A stretch of DNA of 43,743 bases from a virus (Duplodnaviria > Caudoviricetes): the IMG/VR virus record IMGVR_UViG_3300043633_000029, positions 1-43,743 of that record; one strand, 5' to 3'. Positions 7,496-17,410 of the stretch are shown here, in pieces. Position 1 is the first letter of the stretch. Every line of letters starts with the position of its first letter. The position numbers were made by a program, and so were the translations under genes. The notes beneath the pieces were generated by a model. That model made no database searches. It worked only from the letters and a program-made list of their open reading frames with translations, and was not told the origin of the DNA.

Positions 7496-8434
7496 TTACG
7501 CTTGGGCGTGTTCGCGCTCGGCGGGTGCTACGTGGCCTTCATCGGAGTCCGTGGGGGTCGGCTTGTCTGCCTTCGCCTTGGCCTTAGGGGCAGGTGCCTC
7601 CTCCATCGCCGGGTCCAATTCGACACTGGCGCCTTCCAGGTTGTCGAAGTCGTCATAGTTGTCGAGGAGCATGTGGAAGGTCACCACCGGCTTAGCCGTG
7701 GAGCCGACCATGGACGGGGGAAAGTCGATGGCGTCCGACTCGATCCACAGGAAAGCTGTCTTCTTGCCGCCCCAGGTGCCGCGAGTACGGGCCGCGTTGA
7801 CCGGCTTGCCGTTGAGGGTCACGCCCTCCACCATCGACTTCTCGGAGAAGCTGGCGATGGCGCGGTGGTGGAGGACGGCGGGCAGCTGGCTGGGCTCGTC
7901 CTGGCCTTCGAGCGTGACGAGGAGCGAACGCTTGGTCTTGAAGCTCGGGTGGGTCTCCTCCGGCTTGTAGTCACCGGCCTTGACCTTTTCGAGCACCACG
8001 GCCATGGCGGCGCGCAGTTTTTCCGACTTGGCCAGCCGCTTGTCGAAGTCGGCCTGCTCCTCTGGGGAAAGCTGGACCTCCTCCTTGGTGACCTCGACCT
8101 CTTGGGAGGGGGCCTGGGCCGTGTCGCCGACGATGTCCGTGACGTCGAGCGTAGCGTGGATGACGGGCAGGTCGGTGGTTTCGTTGGGGGTCATTTCGAT
8201 GGGCTCCTGGTTGGTGGTGGGGGCGATGGCGGCGGTGTCGCCGATGGTGGTGAACTCGGGCAGGTAGTTCTGGACGAATTGGTCGGCCCCTGCCTTCTTG
8301 GAACGGGTGATGAGAATGTTGCCTTCGGCGTCACGGACCACGAAGGACCGGCCCTCCTTGGTGACCGAAAGGGTGGCGCGAAGCGCGTCCAGGTCGGCTT
8401 GGGAGATGACGGCGGGATTTTGAGCGTTGTTCAT
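7496..8434 (-). CDS. Hypothetical early protein (312 aa, acidic)
   Basis: Long ORF with strong codon bias; first gene of the leftward early unit. Confidence 0.75.
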   Translation of the reverse strand: MNNAQNPAVISQADLDALRATLSVTKEGRSFVVRDAEGNILITRSKKAGADQFVQNYLPEFTTIGDTAAIAPTTNQEPIEMTPNETTDLPVIHATLDVTDIVGDTAQAPSQEVEVTKEEVQLSPEEQADFDKRLAKSEKLRAAMAVVLEKVKAGDYKPEETHPSFKTKRSLLVTLEGQDEPSQLPAVLHHRAIASFSEKSMVEGVTLNGKPVNAARTRGTWGGKKTAFLWIESDAIDFPPSMVGSTAKPVVTFHMLLDNYDDFDNLEGASVELDPAMEEAPAPKAKAKADKPTPTDSDEGHVAPAEREHAQA

Positions 8435-9670
8435 AGGGTGCTTTCTAAGAGAATTGATAAGAGGAGCGAAGTCTAACCGACTTCACATAACCCCCCAAAA
8501 TCGAGGGGCTATGGATAGTCAGGGCTAGCCTGATGGGGAGCATAGGCGTGTAGAGCGCCTTGGGAGAGTTAGATTGTTAAAGAACGATCCAGAGGTCCGA
8601 TCACCACCTGGAGAGCTGGGGGGCTTTTTAGGCCTTCTGGCCTCCCCCTCGCTCCTGATACGAATTCTATACCAAATATTGGTGCCGCGCTGGATTTTGG
8701 GGGGTCAAATAGTAAGCAATAGTAACCATGGGAGGGGGCTGGCGCCCTTACTATAGTAGGTTTGGGGAGGTTCCCATAGATCGCCAGGGGCTGGGGCCTG
8801 ATGGACGCAGACGTAGGGGCGGCAGGGGAGCCAAGGCTTACCCCATAGTCGGGCGCTCGGGGCAGGAGCAGTGGCTCTCGTGGCTAGAATCGGTGTCCTT
8901 TGATAGTGGACCGATTGGCGGCCAGTCTGGGGCTAGACTTGGACGGGGGCCAGAATGGTGCCTCAGGGCCGGAGAATTGTCCGCTAGGGAATTAGTAGCT
9001 GGGGCCGATATACCGTGTTGCTATATTAGGGTTAGCACCTATAGACTAGCGCCAGAAGAGGGGGTTTGGAGGTCTGGAGCTAGGTCTGGAGCTAGTGGAT
9101 AGCCAGTGGAGATAGTTCCAGTAGTTCCAATAGTTTTAATTTAATAGACTTCATACGCGGGATCGCGTACGCGCACGAGGGTTAACGTAATAGCGAGCGA
9201 TTTTCGATCTGGCGCTATTCGGCTATGGAACTATTTGACACGATAGCCAGCCTCTATCATGAGCCCCCTATGGCCCCGATAGTCACTGGCTATCGGCCCC
9301 AAGCCCCCAGTAGCCTGGCCCCCTATCGGTGTGTGGGCCCCAATAGCCCCCAACCTGGCCCCTGGCGCCGGGCCCACACTCTCCCCCATTGGGAGGCCTT
9401 GGCCCCACCTAGGGGCTATATGGCTGGACAGCCAACATGGTGGCTATATGGCTGTCTATGTGGCCACGCTATATTGCTTGGGCCCCTAATATGGGAAACA
9501 TTTTGCGCCACACTGCGATCCATGCTCTGCGCAATGAATCACAAAGAGGCGGGTGGGGGGTGGGGGAGTGGATGCTGTAGAGTATGATAGGGGACACATC
9601 GAAACTGGGCTTCAAAATAGCCAGCACATAAAAACTGGCGTTCAATGTTCAGTCCTTGGTCGCTCGGGGC
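8435..9670. other. Large non-coding control region (candidate origin, packaging site or physical genome ends)
   Basis: Lies between divergent transcription units; no ORF with phage-like codon usage; short direct and inverted repeats around an AT-rich core at ~9120-9150. Confidence 0.55.
8664..8683 (-). promoter_or_regulatory. Putative early promoter ACCAATA-N7-TAGAAT
   Basis: Same spacing as the other CCAAWA/-10 sites; overlaps the imperfect palindrome ACCAA-ATA-TTGGT. Confidence 0.45.
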
Positions 9671-9699
9671 TTTACTTTCCATTCTGAATCAGTTATACT
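9671..9699 (+). promoter_or_regulatory. Sigma70-like promoter for terS/late operon
   Basis: TTTACT-N17-TATACT, 9 nt before the terS ATG. Confidence 0.6.
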
Positions 9700-9708
9700 C
9701 GCCGTATC

Positions 9709-10113
9709 ATGCCAACCGTATCCCAGCAGCAACAAAACCTGATGGAGCTTGTGACGGCCCTGGAGTCGGACCCCCAAATCAGCCCAGAACTCCGCGACCT
9801 AGTCACGCGGGGGCTGCATCATGTGTTCCTCCCCGAGGCGCTTCAGACCAAGTCAGCCGAGGCATTTCAGTTAGCGTTTGAGGCAATCGGTGGTATGCCC
9901 CGGCTCGCCCTCTGGGCTGACAAGAACCCCTCCAAGTTCTTCAACCTCTACGCCCGCATGATCGGCCCCACGATCCAACCAGTCCTCCCCAGCCCCCAAC
10001 ACACCAACACCGTATGGCCCGAGTGGTTATCCGCAAGGCGGCTAGCGTACCAAGAGTCGGCCCAGTACGCCGAGGACATTAGGGTCAAAGACACCACCAA
10101 TGGCGAGAACTGA
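9709..10113 (+). CDS. terS: Terminase small subunit (putative)
   Basis: Directly upstream of and overlapping terL; AFEAIGG...WADKNPSKFFNLYARMI motif of small helical TerS proteins. Confidence 0.7.
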   Translation: MPTVSQQQQNLMELVTALESDPQISPELRDLVTRGLHHVFLPEALQTKSAEAFQLAFEAIGGMPRLALWADKNPSKFFNLYARMIGPTIQPVLPSPQHTNTVWPEWLSARRLAYQESAQYAEDIRVKDTTNGEN

Positions 10114-11476
10114 GTACCAACCAAGGCCCGCCTTCCTGCCGTTCCACAACAGGGAGCAACGATGGGCCACGCTCGTCACGCACCGGCGTGCCGGCAAGAC
10201 TGTTGCTCTCGTCAACGACATCATAATCGCCGCCCGGACGCCTCTCCCCTTACCCAATCCTCAATATGCCTATGTCGGCCCCACGTTCACACAATCAAAG
10301 CGGATCGCGTGGAACTACCTCAAGCAATACTCCGAGCCCTATTGGTCCTCGCCCCCCTCAGAGTCCGAGCTCAAGATTAAGCTTCACCCTTCTTCCACGA
10401 TCTATTGCCTGGGAGCGGACAACGCTGATTCATTGCGGGGCATGTACCTTGACGGGTTTGTTGGTGACGAGTATGCGCTTTGGAAGCCGTCCGTCTTCAG
10501 CCAAGTTATCCGTCCCGCACTATCTGACCGGGTCGGCTGGGGGGTCTTTGCCTCTACCCCCCGAGGCAAGAACCTCTTCCATGACAAGGTCAAAGACGCC
10601 CTCAAGTCCCCCCTAGACAACTTCCTCCTGACCCTACGGGCTGACTCATCGGGACTGATCCCCCTACAGGAGCTAGATGATCTCCGCAAGCACATGGACC
10701 CGGAGGAGTTTGCCCAGGAGTACCTTTGCAGTTTCGACGCCGCGCTGAAAGGGGCCATATATGCAGAAGAAGTCAACGCCCTTTTCCTTGAAGGACGATA
10801 CCACGACACCCCCCTATACGATCCAAACCTCCCAACTCATGTGGTATTTGACTTGGGCTTCACGGACGCGACCGTGGCGATCTACTGGCAAGAGCACTCC
10901 GACGGCACCGTCAGAGTCGTCAACGTCGAAGCCACCAACGGAAAAGACATCTTCCACCACATCGATGCCATCGTACAGTTTCAAGGGCAGGCAGAGTTAG
11001 GGTCCGTGTGGCTCCCCCATGACGCCCGAGCCAAAAACCTCCAAACAGGCCGCTCCGTGGTGGAGCAGTTTCTCCACAACGACATCCGCCCCTCGGTCGT
11101 CCCCAATCACAAGGTCAGGGACCGGATCGCAGCCACTCGTTCCATCTTCCCCCGGGTCCACATAGATGGTACGACTGGCGGGGAGGACCTGCTAGAGGCC
11201 CTCAAGGGCTACCGCAGGGAGTGGGACGATGATCACCTCATGTTTAAGGACCAGCCGCTCCACGACTGGTGCTCCGACTATGCTGACGCGTTCGGCTACC
11301 TGGGGGTAGTGTGTGCCCCCAAGTTCGGTACGCTGCTAACTGCTGATGCTTCCCCTGAAATGGTCCAGCGCAAGCTCAAACGCGCCCAGGTCGCCCTACC
11401 TTCCACTTACAACCTCCAGTCCCTATTCAAGGACAGGGAGGACCGCCAACGCGGCGGTCATAGGAGAATCGCATGA
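10100..11476 (+). CDS. terL: Terminase large subunit
   Basis: Walker A HRRAGKT, LRGMYLDGFVGDEY Walker B, STPRGKN motif III, RNase H-like FDLG.TD, LPHDA and HDWCSDYADAFGY. Confidence 0.95.
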   Translation: MARTEYQPRPAFLPFHNREQRWATLVTHRRAGKTVALVNDIIIAARTPLPLPNPQYAYVGPTFTQSKRIAWNYLKQYSEPYWSSPPSESELKIKLHPSSTIYCLGADNADSLRGMYLDGFVGDEYALWKPSVFSQVIRPALSDRVGWGVFASTPRGKNLFHDKVKDALKSPLDNFLLTLRADSSGLIPLQELDDLRKHMDPEEFAQEYLCSFDAALKGAIYAEEVNALFLEGRYHDTPLYDPNLPTHVVFDLGFTDATVAIYWQEHSDGTVRVVNVEATNGKDIFHHIDAIVQFQGQAELGSVWLPHDARAKNLQTGRSVVEQFLHNDIRPSVVPNHKVRDRIAATRSIFPRVHIDGTTGGEDLLEALKGYRREWDDDHLMFKDQPLHDWCSDYADAFGYLGVVCAPKFGTLLTADASPEMVQRKLKRAQVALPSTYNLQSLFKDREDRQRGGHRRIA

Positions 11477-13713
11477 GCGACAACAGCGCCAGTATCGAGT
11501 CCCTCAAGGACAAGAAGCTCACTCCCTACGAGCGGTGGGAGGAGGAGATCAAGCAGGCCGAGTTGGAGCTCAAGGATTTCCATAACCGGGGCCGCAAAGT
11601 CAACCGCCGGTTCTTGGACGAGCGGGACATGCTGGACTCCTCCAACAAGTGGTTCAACATCTACTACGCTAACACTAACATCATGGAGAGCGCGCTGTAT
11701 GCTCAGCTCCCCAAGCCGACCGTCTCACGGCGGTTCAAGGACTACGACGACGATGTGGCCCGCGTAGCCGGCACGATAATCCAGCGCAGCATCACGCAGG
11801 ACCTCGATGACCCCCGGGACGCCTTCGACTCCACCATGCGCTCGTGCGTTCAGGACCGACTCATCCCCGGCCTAGCGGCGGCGTGGCTGCGCCTGGAGAC
11901 CGACACCGAGGACGTGCCCTATCAGGAGGCGATGGGTGACACCTTCCACCCGGGGGACGAGACAGACAAGCCCCCCGAGCCGCTCAAGAAGATTATTGAC
12001 CAGCGCGTCTGTATCGACTATGTCTACTGGCAGGACTTCATCTGGTCCCCCTGCCGCACCTGGGAGGAGCGGCGCTGGGTCGGCCGCAAGGCCTACATGT
12101 CGAGGGACGCGCTGATCAAACGCTTCGGGGAGAAGATAGGCAAGCAGGTCTCATTAGACTTTAATCCCACCCTCCCTCCCAATCATGGATCCACCCCAGG
12201 GACGACCCCGAAGCATATGGCCATTAAGCAGGCCGTAGTCTATGAGATATGGGACAGGGAGAAGAAGGAAGTCATCTGGTTCTCCAAGGGCTACAAGGAG
12301 ATTCTAGACACCAAGGCCGATCCCCTGAAGCTGGTCGGGTTTGAGCCCTGCCCGAGGCCGATGTTCGCTAACATCACGACCTCTAACACTGTCCCCCGCC
12401 CCGACTACTACATGATCCAGGATCAGTATTCGGAACTGGACACGATCAATAACCGGGTCTCAATGTTACTCCAGGCCTGTAAGGTCGTAGGCGTGTACGA
12501 CCAGTCGGCCTCCGGGGTCTCCAGGATGCTGACGGAGGGCTTCGACAACCAACTGATCCCGGTGGATAACTGGGCGATGTTCGCGGAGAAGGGGGGCCTG
12601 AAGGGGCAGGTGGATTGGCTCCCCCTAGATGTGGTTGTAGACGCTCTGACCCAGCTTATCACCAACCGGGACCTCATCAAGGCGCAAATCTATGAGCTCA
12701 CAGGGATCAGCGACATTGTACGAGGCGCTTCCAAAGCCAGTGAAACGCTCGGGGCGCAGGAAATCAAGAGCAAGTTCGCCTCCATCGCCATCAAGAAGCG
12801 ACAGGATGAAGTCGCCCGATTCGCCGGTGACCTTCTACGGCTTAAGGCTGAGATCCAGGTAAAGCATTTCGATGACGAGTTCCTGCTCAAGAACAGTAAC
12901 ATCGTTGCTACCGGGGCCGACAACGTCAAGCTGATCGAGCCCGCCCTGGCCCTTCTACATTCCGACTCCGGCTTTGAGTGGCGTATCCAGGTGACGGCGG
13001 ACTCTATCGCCCAGGCCGACTACGCTATGGAGAAGGCTGACCGGATCGAGTTCCTCACCGCTGTTTCGGGCTACCTGGAGAAGGCCTCGGCCATGTTCCA
13101 AGCGGTACCCGGCTCGGCCTCATTCCTGGTAGGGATGCTGAAGTGGGCCGTCGCAGGCTTCCGTAATGCGTCTGAGATCGAGGGTATGCTCGACAAAGAG
13201 CTTGACGCGATCAGCAAGCAGCCCCCGCCCGAGCCGCCGCCCAATCCAGAAGAGCAGAAGATGCAACTGGAGAAGCAGAAGACAGAGGCCAAGATGGCGG
13301 CCGATGAGAAGAAGTCTCAGTTGGATCAGCAATCCAAGCAGCAAGACATGGCGATGCAAGAACGCATGAACCAGATGGAGATGCGTATGAAGGAAATGGA
13401 GCTTCAGTACAAGGTCAAGGAACTGGAGCTCAAGGAGCGCGAGGCTAACATGAACCTCGACTTCAAGGCCGCTGAGGCCGCCCAAAACCAACGCACCCAA
13501 CTGATGGAGAGCCAGATGTCTCTCGACACCCAAGCTCAAGAACACCAAATGAGCCTGGAGCAACAGAAGGAATCCCATGCAATGGAATCAGAGCAGGCTC
13601 AAGAGGATCATAAGCTGGCTATGGACCAGACTAAAGAGACTGGGAAGATCAAAGCCCAAGCTATGAAGGAACAGGCTAAGGCGAAGCCAAAGCCCGCTGG
13701 AGGTAAGAAATGA
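11473..13713 (+). CDS. Portal protein with long C-terminal Q/E/M-rich coiled coil
   Basis: Follows terL by an ATGA overlap; 746 aa; IYELTGISDIVRG...ETLGAQ motif of P22-like portals. Confidence 0.85.
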   Translation: MSDNSASIESLKDKKLTPYERWEEEIKQAELELKDFHNRGRKVNRRFLDERDMLDSSNKWFNIYYANTNIMESALYAQLPKPTVSRRFKDYDDDVARVAGTIIQRSITQDLDDPRDAFDSTMRSCVQDRLIPGLAAAWLRLETDTEDVPYQEAMGDTFHPGDETDKPPEPLKKIIDQRVCIDYVYWQDFIWSPCRTWEERRWVGRKAYMSRDALIKRFGEKIGKQVSLDFNPTLPPNHGSTPGTTPKHMAIKQAVVYEIWDREKKEVIWFSKGYKEILDTKADPLKLVGFEPCPRPMFANITTSNTVPRPDYYMIQDQYSELDTINNRVSMLLQACKVVGVYDQSASGVSRMLTEGFDNQLIPVDNWAMFAEKGGLKGQVDWLPLDVVVDALTQLITNRDLIKAQIYELTGISDIVRGASKASETLGAQEIKSKFASIAIKKRQDEVARFAGDLLRLKAEIQVKHFDDEFLLKNSNIVATGADNVKLIEPALALLHSDSGFEWRIQVTADSIAQADYAMEKADRIEFLTAVSGYLEKASAMFQAVPGSASFLVGMLKWAVAGFRNASEIEGMLDKELDAISKQPPPEPPPNPEEQKMQLEKQKTEAKMAADEKKSQLDQQSKQQDMAMQERMNQMEMRMKEMELQYKVKELELKEREANMNLDFKAAEAAQNQRTQLMESQMSLDTQAQEHQMSLEQQKESHAMESEQAQEDHKLAMDQTKETGKIKAQAMKEQAKAKPKPAGGKK

Positions 13714-14039
13714 GTAGAGAGACATGGGTATACCCCGATGATGGACCCCCGTATCGTAAAGGTGAGCGGCCTGAGCGAGATAGAAATGGAGTTGTTATAC
13801 TCCCAGACCTACCGGATTTTCAATCCCCCATTGACGGTAAAGTGTACTCGGGACGAGCAGGGCTACGTGAGCATTGCGCTCGACACAACGTTGTCCCTAC
13901 CGCAGACCTTAAAGGACTGCCCCCTTTGCCTGCCACTGGAGACACTCGCTCTCCTGAGCAAAAGAGAGCAGACGCCGATCATCGCAAGCGTCTTGTTATC
14001 AACGAAGTAGACAAACAGTATAGGAAATACAATGGCTGA
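13710..14039 (+). CDS. Conserved hypothetical protein between portal and scaffold
   Basis: GGAGG RBS, ATGA overlap; FQSPIDGK...R..LREHC.RHN motif. Confidence 0.7.
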   Translation: MSRETWVYPDDGPPYRKGERPERDRNGVVILPDLPDFQSPIDGKVYSGRAGLREHCARHNVVPTADLKGLPPLPATGDTRSPEQKRADADHRKRLVINEVDKQYRKYNG

Positions 14040-15108
14040 TGAAGTAGTTGACCGCCGCACTCAGATTGAAGCCGCATTTGCGGAACAAGAGCAGGCTCCC
14101 CCGGAAATTGGCGAGGCCCCCCGGGTAGATGCTCCTGCTCCCCCAGCTGAGACCACTCCTCCTGCCCCCTCACCGGCCCCTGAGCAGAAAGAGCTGCCCT
14201 TTCAGGCGGCTCCTGCGGCTAAGGCTAAACCTGAAATCACCCCCGCGCCCTCTCCTGAGAGCCCTACGTTCCCGGTAGACAAGGCCCCGCAGTCTTGGCG
14301 GGCACCCTCTCGAGAAAAGTGGTCAAAGATCGACCCCGACATTCAGCAAGAGATCATGAAGCGGGAGCGGGAGACCACCCGGGTACTCGGGGAGACAGCC
14401 AACGCTCGTCAGCTGGCTAACCAGTTCAACGAGGTCGTCGGCCCCTACAAGGCCCGTATCCAAGCCATGGGGGTGGACCCCCTCGGGGCGGTACACGAGC
14501 TGTTGAAGGCCGATTACTTGCTGTCTACGTCCCCGAAGGCGCAGCGAGCCCAGTACATGGCGAAGCTGATCAATGACTACGGGGTAGACATCCTGGAGCT
14601 TGACTCGGCCCTCGCCGGCAAGGGGGCGGCTGACCCGGTGGATTCGCGGGTGGAGCAGCTACTCCAGCAACGGTTGGCCCCCTTCCAGCAATACATGCAA
14701 GCTCAACAGCAGCGAGAGCAGCAGTATGAGCGGAAGTCGGAGCAGGAGGTCAACGAGTCCATCGAGAACATGGCGACGGACCCGAAGTACCCCCACTTTG
14801 AGACGGTTCGGCTGGATATGGCCGACATTGTAGACCTGGCTGCGAAACGGGGGCTTTACCTATCGCTGGAGGACGCCTATAATCGCGCTATTGCAATGAA
14901 CCCAGAGGTAAGTGCACAGGTAGCCGCCCAACGGCAGGCCGATGCAAAGAGAGCAGCAGCACAGGCGGCTAACGCCAAAGCTCAGCGGGCTCTCGGTGCT
15001 TCGGTATCGGTGGGGGGCGCTCCTGGTGGAGTTCCTAGTGGGGCCTCGGAAGCAACCGATCGTCGTTCAACTATCGCCGCAGCGTTTGACTCGTTAAGTG
15101 GAAGATGA
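14032..15108 (+). CDS. Capsid scaffolding protein
   Basis: Pro/Ala-rich N-terminus, APQSW motif, helical Q-rich body, LEDAYNRA; lies just before the major capsid gene. Confidence 0.75.
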   Translation: MADEVVDRRTQIEAAFAEQEQAPPEIGEAPRVDAPAPPAETTPPAPSPAPEQKELPFQAAPAAKAKPEITPAPSPESPTFPVDKAPQSWRAPSREKWSKIDPDIQQEIMKRERETTRVLGETANARQLANQFNEVVGPYKARIQAMGVDPLGAVHELLKADYLLSTSPKAQRAQYMAKLINDYGVDILELDSALAGKGAADPVDSRVEQLLQQRLAPFQQYMQAQQQREQQYERKSEQEVNESIENMATDPKYPHFETVRLDMADIVDLAAKRGLYLSLEDAYNRAIAMNPEVSAQVAAQRQADAKRAAAQAANAKAQRALGASVSVGGAPGGVPSGASEATDRRSTIAAAFDSLSGR

Positions 15109-15279
15109 GATGTTAACAAACTTCACTCGTCGCATCCTCGGAGCGGTTCATTTCCCGTTACGTCGAGAGCCATTGGAGCAGATCGAGCCTCAGGTCTATC
15201 AACCACCGGGGCCGTCAAGGGTAGTGGCTCCCCCCGAGCCGCCGCCTGAACCGGCTTCATTCATTTCTAGGAGCTTGCA

Positions 15280-16299
15280 ATGGCTTTCCCGAACAGTGCG
15301 ATAAGCGACGTTATCGCCACCACCATCCAGAGCCGCACTGGCCAAATCGCGGACAACGTGACGTCCAACAACGCCTTGCTGACGAAACTCAAGCAGCGCG
15401 GCAACATCAAGACGTTCTCTGGCGGCAATACGATCATGCAGGAGCTCAGCTTCGCATCGAACGGCAACGCCGGTTGGTACAGCGGATACGAAACCCTGCC
15501 CATCGCTGCGCAGGACGTGCTGAGTGCCGCCGAGTACACGATCAAGCAGGCGGCGTGCCCCGTGACGATCAGCGGCCTGGAGCAACTCCAGAACGCCGGC
15601 AAGGAACAGATCATCGACATGCTCGACGCCCGGATGGACGTGGCCGAGTCCTCGATGGCCAACCTGATCGCCTCTGGTCTGTACTCGGACGGCTCCGCAG
15701 CGGGCGGCAAGCAGATCGACGGTCTGCTCAAGCAGGTCTCCACGACCCCGACCAACACCGTCGGCGGCATCGACCGGAACACCTGGCTGTTCTGGCGCAA
15801 TCAGTACTTCCGTATGCTGACCACCGGCGGCGCGGCTGCTTCGGCGGCCAACGTGCAGACGTACTTCAACCGTATGTGGTCCAGCCTGGTCCGCGGCAAC
15901 GACCGTCCCGACCTGATCCTGGTCGACAACAACATGTGGTCCTTCTACATGGCGTCCCTCCAGGCCATCCAGCGCTTCTCGGGCACCGAGACTGCCAAGC
16001 TGGGCTTCGTCAGCGTCAAGTACATGGACGCCGATGTGGTCCTGGACGGTGGTATGCAGATCAACTGGACCTCGACCGGCGCAGCTGGCCCGGCTCCGAC
16101 TGCGGTGCCCGCTACCAGCGCGTACTTCCTGAACACGAAGTACATCCACTATCGTCCGCACGCAAGTCGGAACATGGTGCCTCTGAGCCCCGGCCAACGC
16201 TACAGCGTGAACCAGGACGCGGCTGTCCAAATCCTGGCTTGGGCCGGCAACCTGACGGCTTCGGGACTCCAGTTCCAAGGCCGGATGGACAACACCTGA
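15280..16299 (+). CDS. Major capsid protein (HK97 fold)
   Basis: AGGAG RBS; extreme codon bias; IATTIQSR...DNV..NNALL, WYSGYE.L, GGIDR.T..FWRNQ and WAGNLT.S motifs; position after scaffold. Confidence 0.9.
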   Translation: MAFPNSAISDVIATTIQSRTGQIADNVTSNNALLTKLKQRGNIKTFSGGNTIMQELSFASNGNAGWYSGYETLPIAAQDVLSAAEYTIKQAACPVTISGLEQLQNAGKEQIIDMLDARMDVAESSMANLIASGLYSDGSAAGGKQIDGLLKQVSTTPTNTVGGIDRNTWLFWRNQYFRMLTTGGAAASAANVQTYFNRMWSSLVRGNDRPDLILVDNNMWSFYMASLQAIQRFSGTETAKLGFVSVKYMDADVVLDGGMQINWTSTGAAGPAPTAVPATSAYFLNTKYIHYRPHASRNMVPLSPGQRYSVNQDAAVQILAWAGNLTASGLQFQGRMDNT

Positions 16300-16306
16300 G
16301 ACCATC

Positions 16307-16558
16307 ATGACCGCCAAAAAGGTAGCCCCCAAGGACGGTCCAGCTGCGACCGTCATGGATCCCGAAGTGGTATCCAAGCTTGTATGGGACGCGAAGTACC
16401 TGTTTGACCATGGGGCCTTCGGGCCCCTACAGCAAGCAGAGTTCTTCAAGGCCCTCGCAGAACAGGTGGGGGACCCCCCGCCTCCTCCGATTGAAGACCT
16501 GCCCGAAATCAAGGCTACTCTCGACTTGGTCGAGGACGCCGACGCAAAAGAGGACTAA
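16307..16558 (+). CDS. Hypothetical protein (83 aa)
   Basis: Tightly packed between MCP and the next gene. Confidence 0.6.
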   Translation: MTAKKVAPKDGPAATVMDPEVVSKLVWDAKYLFDHGAFGPLQQAEFFKALAEQVGDPPPPPIEDLPEIKATLDLVEDADAKED

Positions 16559-16560
16559 TC

Positions 16561-17010
16561 ATGAGCGCAAACAATGCGGCGGCGCAGATCGGCTCGGCCA
16601 CTCCCGCTACCAGCAAGATTCCATCCATCGGCGCGTATGTCCAAGACACCACCGCTCCGGGGCCGGGGTCTGATGGGCCGTACTTCGGGGTTCAGGGCCT
16701 TACGGTCTGGGGTGGCAATTGGCTGGGGGAGGACCCCGGCTTCATTGCGCCCTCTACTGCCGGCACTTTGGGTATCACCAATGTGCCTGCGGTCGGGGTA
16801 ACTCCCCCTGACGTGGGTAACCCCGCGCCCGGCAAGAAGGCTCAGTGGACCACCTCAGGGGGTGCCCCTATCACGGTTCCTGCGGACGGTCGTTTGACCG
16901 TCACCGCCGGCACCGCTGTGGCTGCCTCCGGTACGGGTCTGTACAAGACCTTCCTGGCCCCGGCCTCGATCATCCCGGCAGGCTCGTTCTTCTGGTCATT
17001 CGAGTTCTAA
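16561..17010 (+). CDS. Putative capsid decoration/structural protein
   Basis: GAGGA RBS; G/A/T/P-rich beta-type sequence; position after MCP. Confidence 0.55.
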   Translation: MSANNAAAQIGSATPATSKIPSIGAYVQDTTAPGPGSDGPYFGVQGLTVWGGNWLGEDPGFIAPSTAGTLGITNVPAVGVTPPDVGNPAPGKKAQWTTSGGAPITVPADGRLTVTAGTAVAASGTGLYKTFLAPASIIPAGSFFWSFEF

Positions 17011-17409
17011 GTGCTGAATCATCAGCTCATCAAGGTGGACGCGGAGGGTCGCCTCCGCGCCACTTTGGACCTTCCTGTGTCGGCTGAGGACTTCAATGGG
17101 GGTACTCCGACCAAGGACGGATTGCTATGTATTACCGAGACTGATGGGGTTTACTTCGTCAATGGTCTAGGTTACGGATTGGAACAACGGGCCGCTTCCG
17201 AACAAGTGGCTTCCGGCGTTAGCGAAGGCAATCCCTTTACTAACGCCAGAGGCAGACTTAGGGCTGCACCCGAGGCCCCTATGTTTTGGCTTTATGGCTT
17301 GCCGTTCACTGAGGATGGTAGATTAAGCGTAGTCATAGAGGGTCTGCCCCCTGTAGATACGGGGGCCTACAGTAACGCTTACAGCAACGCCTTTGACGTC
17401 AAGGACTAA
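17011..17409 (+). CDS. Putative structural protein with C-terminal AYSNAYSNAF repeat
   Basis: Abuts the upstream stop; internal repeats (DAEGRLRA, NARGRLRA, TEDGRLS). Confidence 0.55.
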   Translation: MLNHQLIKVDAEGRLRATLDLPVSAEDFNGGTPTKDGLLCITETDGVYFVNGLGYGLEQRAASEQVASGVSEGNPFTNARGRLRAAPEAPMFWLYGLPFTEDGRLSVVIEGLPPVDTGAYSNAYSNAFDVKD

Positions 17410-17410
17410 T

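Noticed and set aside
8574-9587. ORFs in the control region (8574, 8728, 9225)
   Set aside because: Codon usage unlike the phage genes, no clear RBS, and they run through repeat DNA.
15110-15304. Possible 64-aa ORF between scaffold and major capsid genes
   Set aside because: Weak RBS, overlaps the MCP start, no motif; could equally be the MCP 5' leader. Unresolved.
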